A stretch of DNA of 40,638 nucleotides. Source: an uncultured Candidatus Saccharibacteria bacterium (lineage in GTDB: Bacteria > Patescibacteriota > Minisyncoccia > Phycocordibacterales > DATDWN01). The notes below the pieces were generated by a model, which was not told the origin of the DNA, did not search any database, and saw only the letters and a program-made list of their open reading frames with translations. The position numbers and the translations under genes were made by a program. The DNA lies in NCBI GenBank assembly GCA_964594005.1, contig CAZQKP010000001.1, positions 1-40,638 of the forward strand, written 5' to 3'. Below are positions 31,618-40,100 of the stretch, in pieces (the first letter of the stretch is position 1; every line of letters starts with the position of its first letter).

Positions 31618-32808
31618 ATGGATGGCCAAAAAACCATTACAGATAAGGATAAAATAGAAGAACTCCTTACTCGCGGTGTTGATAAGATTTACCCCACTAA
31701 AGAGAAACTTGAGGCGCTTCTATCTTCTGGCAAAAGATTAAAGCTATATCAAGGTTTTGACCCGACCGGCGATAAATTGCACATTGGTCATATGGTGGGT
31801 ATAAGAAAACATAGGCAGTGGCAAGATTTGGGTCATGAAGTGATTTTTCTTATTGGCGATGGCACCGGCCAGGCGGGAGATCCCAGCGGCAAAAAGAAAA
31901 CTAGAGAAAAATTTTTTACCCAAGAAGAACTACGTGAGAATGCTAAAAATTATGTTGCCCAAGCTGGCAAGGTAGTACGTTTTGATGGGCCTAATCCAGT
32001 AAAGGTTTTGTACAATAGTGAATGGCTAAATAAACTGAATTTAGTAGATATTTTAAATATTGCCCAAAATTTTTCTGTGCAGCAGTTAATTGAAAGAGAT
32101 ATGTTTCAAGAAAGGATGAAAGCGGGAGAGTCAATTAATTTACGTGAGTTTCTTTATCCTTTACTGCAAGGTTATGACAGTGTGGCAATGGACGTAGATC
32201 TGGAGTTGGGTGCAACGGATCAAACTTTTAATATGCTAACCGGCCGAACTCTCATGCAGGCAATGAAAGGCAAGGAGAAATTTGTTATGACCGTGCCACT
32301 TCTTACCGATTCTAAAGGAGTAAAAATCGGTAAAAGTGAGGGAAATGTTATCGGGTTGACGGATGCGCCAAACGATTTATATGGCAAAATAATGGCTTTG
32401 GGTGATGACTCAATTATTCCTATGTTTACTCTATTAACTGATGTGCCAACTTCGGAAATAAAAAAATTTGATGTGAATAAAAATCCATTAGAGCTTAAAA
32501 AGCGAGTGGCCAAAATTATAGTTGCCAGTTTGAATTCGGAGAAAGAAGGAGAGGAGGCAGAGTTAAATTTTGAAAATACATTTAGTAGAAAGGGTGTACC
32601 AGAGGGTATTTTAGAAGTTAAGACTAAGGGCAGTTTTTCTGAGGTTTTAATAAGAGAAAAAATTATATCTTCCAAATCAGAATTTAAACGACTTCTTTCG
32701 GAAGGGGCAATTACCAATATGGATACTGATGAAAAGATTTTAACAGATGATACACCTAAACCCGGTTCTTATCGCATTGGCAAAAAGAGATTTATCAAAA
32801 TAAACTAA
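31618..32808 (+). CDS. tyrS: Tyrosine--tRNA ligase
   Basis: YQGFDPTGDKLHIGH (HIGH), KIGKSEGN (KMSKS-like) and a C-terminal S4-like SKSEFKRLLSEGAI. Confidence 0.9.
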   Translation: MDGQKTITDKDKIEELLTRGVDKIYPTKEKLEALLSSGKRLKLYQGFDPTGDKLHIGHMVGIRKHRQWQDLGHEVIFLIGDGTGQAGDPSGKKKTREKFFTQEELRENAKNYVAQAGKVVRFDGPNPVKVLYNSEWLNKLNLVDILNIAQNFSVQQLIERDMFQERMKAGESINLREFLYPLLQGYDSVAMDVDLELGATDQTFNMLTGRTLMQAMKGKEKFVMTVPLLTDSKGVKIGKSEGNVIGLTDAPNDLYGKIMALGDDSIIPMFTLLTDVPTSEIKKFDVNKNPLELKKRVAKIIVASLNSEKEGEEAELNFENTFSRKGVPEGILEVKTKGSFSEVLIREKIISSKSEFKRLLSEGAITNMDTDEKILTDDTPKPGSYRIGKKRFIKIN

Positions 32809-32828
32809 AAGGCCCCTAAGGGCTTTTT
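32807..32828. terminator. Bidirectional terminator hairpin between convergent tyrS and the acidic ORF
   Basis: aaaaggccc-ctaa-gggcttttt: the stem is flanked by an A-run and a T-run. Confidence 0.65.
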
Positions 32829-32832
32829 AGTT

Positions 32833-33036
32833 TTACCACATATCTTCTGGTTCAACATCGTCAAATGAATCATCCGGCAGAGCCTCGTCTTCTTCTTCAG
32901 CTAATGCATCTAGCGAGTCATCGTCTGTAGGTTTTTTAGATTTCTTTTTAGTGCCAGGTTCTTCAAATTCATCCTCTTCCAGAGAATCTTCATCTTCTTC
33001 GCCTAAATCTTTTGGGTCAATTGCGTCGTCATCCAT
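32833..33036 (-). CDS. Hypothetical extremely acidic 67-aa protein
   Basis: MDDDAIDPKDLGEEDEDSLEEDEFEEPGTKKKSKKPTDDDSLDALAEEEDEALPDDSFDDVEPEDMW: two Asp/Glu-rich blocks around a short KKKSKK patch. Has its own terminator. Confidence 0.5.
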   Translation of the reverse strand: MDDDAIDPKDLGEEDEDSLEEDEFEEPGTKKKSKKPTDDDSLDALAEEEDEALPDDSFDDVEPEDMW

Positions 33037-33214
33037 ATTATTTATAAAGGTTTTTAATCTTTACCAAGTCTATTAACTTAATTTCTTGGTGATTTCCATA
33101 TTTGTATCAAATTGTTTATTTTTTGCAAACCTATTTTATTGTGGATAACTAGAGTTAATAAACCTTGATAGATAAAAGCTTTCTAATTGTCTATATATAT
33201 GCTTAAATTCCCCT

Positions 33215-34177
33215 ATGTTTATCGATGAACTCACTATTAATATAAGAGCCGGCAATGGCGGACCAGGGATTGTCTCCTGGAAACACGAAAAAGGCAAGGA
33301 CAAGGCAGGCCCGGGTGGGGGAGATGGGGGCAAGGGAGGTAGTGTGTATATAAAAGGTGTAAATGATTTGAGTTTACTTTCGCGCTACAGGTTTATAAAG
33401 GATTTCGAAGCAGAGAATGGCGAGTCGGGCCAAAAAAATAATATGCACGGCAAGGCGGGTTCAGATCTTACAATTGAATTACCAATTGGCAGTGTTCTTA
33501 CAAATACAGAAACGAAAATTGAAACGGAGATATTAAATGAAAAACCATTTTTATTCCTCTCGGGTGGATTTGGGGGATATGGCAACGCTCACTTTAAAGG
33601 TCCAAAAAATAGAAGACCAAAACAAAATACCAGTGGTAAAAAAGGAGAAAGCGGAGAATTTTTTGTGGAATTAAAATTAGTAGTTGATCTTGGATTAATT
33701 GGTTTACCCAATGCTGGTAAATCAACCTTACTAAACTCTTTAACTTCTGCTCACGCTAAAGTTGGCAACTACGAGTTTACAACTCTTTCCCCAAATTTAG
33801 GAGAGTTAAGAGGGTTTATTATAGCTGATATACCCGGCTTAATTTCTGGAGCAAGTGAAGGCAAGGGTTTAGGGCATAAATTTTTAAGGCATATTTCTCG
33901 AACCAAAATATTGCTTCACTGTATTTCTTGTGAGCATGAGGATCCGCTAATAGCTTATGAAACGGTGAGAACGGAACTTAAAAAATATGACAAGAACCTT
34001 TTAGATAAACCAGAAGTTATTGCGCTCACCAAAACTGATTTAGTAAGTGAGAAAGAATTAATCAAGATAAAGTCACTTTTTAAAACCAAAGAGCAAATAA
34101 TTGATTTTTCTACCAAGGATCTCCATAAAAAAGAGGAAATTAAGCAAAAATTGGTAAATATTATGCGGAGCCTGTAA
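33215..34177 (+). CDS. obg: GTPase Obg/CgtA
   Basis: MFIDELTINIRAGNGGPG...GGGDGGKGGSVY (Obg fold), GLPNAGKST (G1), DIPGLI (G3), and TKTD (G4). Confidence 0.93.
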   Translation: MFIDELTINIRAGNGGPGIVSWKHEKGKDKAGPGGGDGGKGGSVYIKGVNDLSLLSRYRFIKDFEAENGESGQKNNMHGKAGSDLTIELPIGSVLTNTETKIETEILNEKPFLFLSGGFGGYGNAHFKGPKNRRPKQNTSGKKGESGEFFVELKLVVDLGLIGLPNAGKSTLLNSLTSAHAKVGNYEFTTLSPNLGELRGFIIADIPGLISGASEGKGLGHKFLRHISRTKILLHCISCEHEDPLIAYETVRTELKKYDKNLLDKPEVIALTKTDLVSEKELIKIKSLFKTKEQIIDFSTKDLHKKEEIKQKLVNIMRSL

Positions 34178-34191
34178 TATATGGTTAACAC

Positions 34192-35604
34192 ATGCCTCAG
34201 TATAAAATGACAATTGGCTTGGAGATCCATGCCGAGCTAAACACAAAAAGTAAAATGTTTTGTGGTTGCCAGAATGCACCTCTTATCAAAACACCCAATT
34301 TAAATGTTTGCCCAATCTGTCTGGGACATCCTGGGACATTGCCAACTATAAATAAAGAAGCTGTAAAAAAAGTAATTATGTTAGGGCTAGCTCTGGGTGG
34401 CAAGATAGCAGATCTAACCTACTTTGATCGAAAGAATTATTTTTATCCTGACATTCCAAAGGGTTACCAGATAAGCCAGTATAAAAACCCTCTTGTTTCA
34501 GGGGGAGAATTAAATGGAGTAAAAATTACTAGGGTTCATTTAGAAGAAGATACGGCTAGATCTACCCACGAAGGGCTTGATTCCAGTTTGGTTGATTTTA
34601 ACCGCGCAGGAGTACCTCTTATGGAATTGGTTACAGAACCTGTCATGCATTCTTCGGAAGAAGTCATAAATTTTGGGAGAGAACTTCAACTACTATTGCA
34701 GTATTTGGGTATTTCGGAAGCCAACATGGAAAAGGGTGAGATGAGGGTAGAAGTTAATATCTCAGTTTCTCCGGATCAAAATTTTGGTACAAAAGTCGAA
34801 GTAAAAAATATTAATTCATTTAAAGCGGCGGGTAGAGCAATTGAGTATGAATTCAAAAGGCAGGTGGAGGTTTTAGAAAAAGGCGAAAAAGTAGTTCAGG
34901 AAACCAGAGGGTTTGACGAGAATAAGGGAGTGACTTTAAGCCAGAGATCTAAGGAGGATGCGCATGATTATAGGTACTTTCCAGAACCAGATTTAACTAA
35001 ACTCAAGATAAGTGAAATAAAGGACTTTGATTCAGATAAATTACGAAAAGAACTAAAAGAATTGCCTCAACAAAAAAGAGACAGATTAAAAAAATACGGC
35101 GTGAAGGATTCAGACATTGAAGTTTATGTGACTAACAGAGCGGTAGGGGAGTACTTTGAAGAGTTCAATAAATTAAGTAAACCGGAGACATTACAGCTTG
35201 GTTCAAACTACATTACTTCATCCATTCTAGGTCTATCTAAAGAAGTAGGTCAGGACTTTTCACCGGGTCAAATTACTCCAGACCGATTACAAAAAATAAT
35301 GGAGATGATTCTCAAGGGAGATCTATCCTCTACAAATGCAAAAACAATTTTGACTATCGTCTTTAAAGAAGGGGGTGATCCGGAGGGGATTGCTAAAAAT
35401 AAAAATCTAATTCTAAAAAACGACCCAGAAGAATTTAGAAAAATAGTAACAGATATTATTGAGGGTAACCCAAAAGTCGTAGAAGAATTCAAATCAGGTA
35501 AAGAATCAGTCTTTCAATTTTTTGTTGGTCAAGCCATGAAAGAAACAAAAGGTCAGGCCAATCCTGAAATATTAAAATCAATTATTCTTGAATTACTAAA
35601 ATAA
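34192..35604 (+). CDS. gatB: Asp/Glu-tRNA(Asn/Gln) amidotransferase subunit B
   Basis: IGLEIHAELNTKSKMFCGC, CPICLGHPGTLP, YFYPD(I)PKGYQISQ and RVHLEEDTA motifs. Confidence 0.93.
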   Translation: MPQYKMTIGLEIHAELNTKSKMFCGCQNAPLIKTPNLNVCPICLGHPGTLPTINKEAVKKVIMLGLALGGKIADLTYFDRKNYFYPDIPKGYQISQYKNPLVSGGELNGVKITRVHLEEDTARSTHEGLDSSLVDFNRAGVPLMELVTEPVMHSSEEVINFGRELQLLLQYLGISEANMEKGEMRVEVNISVSPDQNFGTKVEVKNINSFKAAGRAIEYEFKRQVEVLEKGEKVVQETRGFDENKGVTLSQRSKEDAHDYRYFPEPDLTKLKISEIKDFDSDKLRKELKELPQQKRDRLKKYGVKDSDIEVYVTNRAVGEYFEEFNKLSKPETLQLGSNYITSSILGLSKEVGQDFSPGQITPDRLQKIMEMILKGDLSSTNAKTILTIVFKEGGDPEGIAKNKNLILKNDPEEFRKIVTDIIEGNPKVVEEFKSGKESVFQFFVGQAMKETKGQANPEILKSIILELLK

Positions 35605-35629
35605 AAATAGCTCAGGTTGGAGCTATTTT
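35604..35629. terminator. Bidirectional terminator hairpin between convergent gatB and the MerR-like ORF
   Basis: aaaatagctc-aggttg-gagctatttt: a 10-bp stem with A/T flanks. Confidence 0.65.
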
Positions 35630-35880
35630 TATTTATCCTCTTCCTCCAAATGTTTAACAATTAGTTTCCTGATATCTTTTTTCGGACTTCTTCGTAGGCC
35701 CGCGTTTGTCTCAATTTCCTGAATTACATTCTCAAGGTCCTCGATCTTGTAAACACGGTAGTTGTTCATGGGGTGTCGATGAGCCTTGAGTTTCCCATTG
35801 TTATCCCAGTTTCGCAAAGTAAGGGGAGAGACCCCAAGTATCTTTGCCGCCTGCTTTATTGTTATGTATAAATTAGCCAT
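35629..35880 (-). CDS. Stand-alone MerR/excisionase-type HTH protein (resembles the N-terminal HTH of IS607-type serine recombinases)
   Basis: ITIKQAAKILGVSPLTLRNWDNNGKLKAHRHPMNNYRVYKIEDLENV matches the MerR-like HTH pattern (GVS..TLR.WD..G.L...R....YR.Y). At 83 aa it has no effector or catalytic domain. Confidence 0.65.
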   Translation of the reverse strand: MANLYITIKQAAKILGVSPLTLRNWDNNGKLKAHRHPMNNYRVYKIEDLENVIQEIETNAGLRRSPKKDIRKLIVKHLEEEDK

Positions 35881-36303
35881 ATTTATTTTATAAGCTTAAC
35901 AAAGATTAATAATAATTATATATATGTTTAATATCATTATATAAGTCTTTGTCTAATTTATCAATCAATTATTTCGGGGCATGTGGAGAATTAACCTTGA
36001 GTATTTTTACTTGCTATTACTCTATTTTTCATAGAGTGAGTGTTATTTGGCTAACTATATAAGCCCTAGTTTGCATGTTTCAGTGCTATCAAAAGGTGGT
36101 AGAGATAATATTTTGGAGTCAGGCCCGAACAGAACATGTTCGATGCAACACTTACTAGATGTTCACTACCATAAAATATTTTAGCTAATTGCCCTCTTGT
36201 ATATCCGATATTTTGCTAATTAACAACATATTTTTATATCCCTGTTCAGATTTGATAAATTCTCCACATACCTTTAAATAGAAAATATTGATATGATAAT
36301 CCT

Positions 36304-36687
36304 ATGTCCAATAAAAAATCTCACATAAGCTATGAAGAGCGTTTTTGTATTGAGAGACTCCTAAAGGCTAACTGTAGTGTTAGTTTCATTTCAAGGATCC
36401 TAGAAAGGGGAGTATCGACAATCAATAAAGAAATAAAGCTAAATTCTATTAATTCCATGTACGTGGCTGCTAAGGCCCAAGAAAGGGCAAATAATGGGCA
36501 AAGAGTAAAAAAACAAATGGCAAACAAGGTAGTAAAAAGCCATGCACTAAGACTGGAGGTTGACCGTATGATAAAAGCAAAAATGACACCAGAAAAGATA
36601 TCTAGGGAATTGCTAGGCAGCGAGAGCGTCTATAGGGTAAGTAGCAAAAGTATAAGGAAGTACATACTATACATTAATAAACATTAA
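36304..36687 (+). mobile_element. Truncated IS30-family transposase: N-terminal HTH region only, no DDE domain
   Basis: HISYEERFCIERLLKANCSVSFISRILERGVSTINKEIKLN...YVAAKAQERANNGQRVKK...MIKAKMTPEKISRELLG mirrors the IS30 transposase N-terminus (H.t.eER..Ie.l...g.S...IA..lgRs.sTIsREi.RN ... y.A..A......R...). The ORF stops at 127 aa, inside two pairs of 10-bp tandem repeats. Confidence 0.55.
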
Positions 36688-37007
36688 TAAAGATATTAGT
36701 ATACATTAGTATATTTTTTTAATTAATAATATATTTTATAAATCTTACTATAATAACCCAGGGTTTATTTTTTTATAATTCTGTATTGAGTCTGAAATTA
36801 TTTTTTTAATATTTTCGCGATATATTTATCTAATTCAGTCCATTCCTTATTATCTGCCCGCCTCTATTTGTGAAATTCGATGTATTTTTATATTTTGAGC
36901 ACTATTTTTTGACTAAGATCATCTAATTTTTAAACAATTGATGAGGAGTCAATTTCTAACCTTAATTTTAGGCGTATTTTAAGGCTAAAATTATTTTTAA
37001 TTTTCAG

Positions 37008-37039
37008 CAAAATCTTGGATATTTCCCAAAATCTTGGAT
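37008..37039 (+). repeat. 13-bp direct repeat caaaatcttggat x2, 19 bp apart start to start, upstream of the giant ORF
   Basis: Copies at 37008-37020 and 37027-37039. The second runs into the palindrome cttgg-atcg-ccaag (37034-37047). A perfect DnaA box TTATCCACA lies at 37057-37065. Confidence 0.8.
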
Positions 37040-37120
37040 CGCCAAGAAATTGAGATTTATCCACAGTTTTTTTCATTTTTTTGTAACTTACAGGCGCCCA
37101 AAACATATATAATTAGTGTA

Positions 37121-40100
37121 ATGGGTTCTGACTTATTTTTTGACAGCAAGAAATATATTCCAGCCAAAGAAGCAAGTGCGCTTACCGGCTACTCCAAGGA
37201 TTACATCGGACAGCTTTGCCGAAATAAAAAAGTCTTAGCAAAAAGAGTTGGTCACACTTGGTATGTTTGTGAAGAGTCAATCCGCGAATATAAGGATTCT
37301 CCAACCTCTTATGATTTTTCTAAGAATTTTTATGGTAAGTTAACTCAGGATATTTCTACTGGTGCACAAACAAGACAAGAGTATAAGCCAATCAAACTAG
37401 AGTTTCCAGAGAAAAAGCTTTTTCCAAAGACGTCCCAATTTATTCATGAATTTTTGTTTGCTTATGATTTCAGCCTAGGAGCGAAGATTTTACCCATTAC
37501 TCTAGCTCTTATTTTTACTCTTGGCCTTGTTTCCCTAAAGGACAGAGTGTTTAGTTTCCGAGAGGGGGTGAGGGAAGTTAAAAACTCTTTTAACCAGGTT
37601 TCTAGCAATTTTTCCGCTAATGGCGTAACCATTGCAGATGTCTCAGAGAAGATAAACACTTCACCATATGACCTTTACAATTCAACGGATGGACTTCTGG
37701 ATTCATATGCGGGCAAACTTTCTGGCACCTATCTTTCTTTGGGGAATGTGTTAAACACTGTCAGCTTTTCTTTTGTAAATCAAACCTTCTTAGCTCTAAA
37801 AAATCCGCCAGCATATATTTTGGGTACACTTGAAAAACTTTCGCTAAGCGATAAAAAATTTACTGACAAAACTATTTCCGGTATAACTTCTTCCCTATCA
37901 ACTAATAGCACAAAAGTTTTAGCCTTTGTCTCCGATACATTGGGCGGTGCATCTTATGCAAATAATTATTTTTTGGATAGAACAAAAAATTTAACTGCTG
38001 CAGTTGCAACAGCAGCAAGTGATGAATTAAATCCTGTTGACCATTCCGGTTTAGTTGTTTATCGCACTATAAATAATTTTTTCCAAAATTCAATTTATTT
38101 ACCGCTAGCGAGCTTGTTTAATAGTTCTCCAAATATTGTTAACACAACTTATGTTGCTACAACTCAAAGCCAAACAAAAAATATTCCAAAAGTTGTTGCG
38201 CAAAATACAACTTCCTCGCAGCCAACTAGAATTGTAAATACAACCAATGTAGTTGAAAGAATAATTGAAAGACCGGCAGACTATGCCGTAACTAAAACAG
38301 AATTAGAAGCAAGACTTCAGGAATTCAATAACAGCATCATGTCTAAGTTCTACTCCCTCTCGACTGGGAGTGGTGGCTCGGTCACAAATATTTACCAGGA
38401 AATTGCCGGAAGTCAAAGAATCGACCAGCTAAGCGGAACAGTCATCACAAATCCATCAATTTCTGGAGGTTCAATTAACAACACTGCGGTAAATGCGACG
38501 AGTTTGTCAGTTTCCAACACAAGTACTTCCACTTTTGCCGGTGGTATCGCAGTCACAGGCGGTTGCGTTTCTGTTAACGGTACTTGTCTCGGTACTGGTG
38601 GAGGTGGAGGTGGTACACCAGGAGGGAATAATACTGATGTGCAATTTAATAATGGCGGAACATTGGGTGGTTCGGATAATTTTGTTTTTGATAACACCAA
38701 CGGTCGTGTTGGAATTGGTACCACTTCACCATACGCACCACTTTCTGTTTCGGGTAAAGTAGTGGCAGATAATTTTGTAGCAACTTCTACCACCGCAACT
38801 TCAACTTTTTCGGGAGGCTTAAGTATAATCGGAGGACTTGATTTAAACTCCGGATATATTTTTGGTGGCGGACTTTCTTCTTGTTCGGGAATTGCAGATA
38901 AATTAATTTGGAATTCTACAACTGGAAAATTTGGTTGTGGTACAGACGCGGGGGCGGGTGGTGGAATTACTAACCTGGGTTCAGGTTACGCATCCACAAC
39001 TGGATCAACAATTGCATTTTCTACAACCACTACATCATTCAATGGATTAACTTTTGGTCAGAACATTGTTCCAACAGCTTCTGCTCTAACATTTACCCCA
39101 ACAGTTTCTGGCACGCTAACAGTTCCTGGTGGTGGTACAGGCTGGTCGAACATTCAAGCAGGAACTGTTCTATTAGGTAACGGTAGTGGTTCTCTGTCGA
39201 CAACATCAGCCGGAATAAACGGCCAAGTTCTTGCACTTGTTTCTGGCACGCCAACTTGGGTTGCGACTACAACTGCTGGCACAGGTCTTTCTTACAATGG
39301 AACTTCCTTTAACGTAAACACAACTCAAAATATTTCTAATCTTTCAAATCTTTCTTCAAACGGAGTAGTTTACACAGCTGGCGGAAATGGCACACTAAAT
39401 ACACAAGGAACTTCTACTCCGACCATCGGAGCATCACTTTCTTACTCGGGCACGGTCGGTTATTTCTTGGGAGGTTCATCTGGCACACTTTCACTTAACA
39501 CCGGGAATGCCAACAATTGGACAGCACTCCAAACTTTTCTTAACTCATCTTCAACTCTTCTTTCGGCCTACACCGCTTACTTTGGTTCATCTGGTACAAC
39601 TACAATAACTTCAACTGGGGCAATTGGCATTGGCACATCCTCCCCGTATGCTCCACTCTCCGTAGTCGGCCAAATAGTCGCTTCCTACTTTACAGCCACC
39701 ACTACCGCAACTTCAACCTTTCCAACTCTGCTTGCTACGAATGCAACTACATCCAGGTTAGCTATAACTGGCATAACGGGTGCACTTCTTAAAACAGATT
39801 CAAATGGAAATATAATTCCTGCTACAGCTGGATCTGACTATGCAAATTTTACTTTCCCATTTACAGTAAATACTGGTTACAACTCTACTTCCACAGCTAT
39901 TGGATTTAATGGTCTTTTCTCAACTGCGTCATCCACTTTCTCATCCAATCTCTATCTTTCCAATCTTTCTCAAGGTTACACGTATTTGGGTTCTAATGGT
40001 CTAGTCCAAACAGTTTCGACTTCTACAATAGCAGCACAAGTATTTCCATTTACATCTAACTCGGGTTACAACTCAACCTCTACGACTCTTGGATTGACCG

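Noticed and set aside
35981-36269. 12-bp inverted repeat atgtggagaatt (35981-35992) / aattctccacat (36258-36269), considered as terminal inverted repeats of a ~290-bp MITE or IS remnant. Each copy is also a near-DnaA box.
   Set aside because: The match does not extend beyond 12 bp and there are no flanking target-site duplications. One such match within a few hundred bp is not far from the chance expectation in 40 kb of AT-rich DNA.
33140-37065. Perfect DnaA boxes at 33140-33148 (TGTGGATAA) and 37057-37065 (TTATCCACA), considered as evidence for a second origin.
   Set aside because: They are isolated single boxes with no AT-rich unwinding element or box cluster. My rough estimate is that about 0.3-0.5 perfect 9-mers are expected by chance in a window of this size and composition, so two is not compelling.
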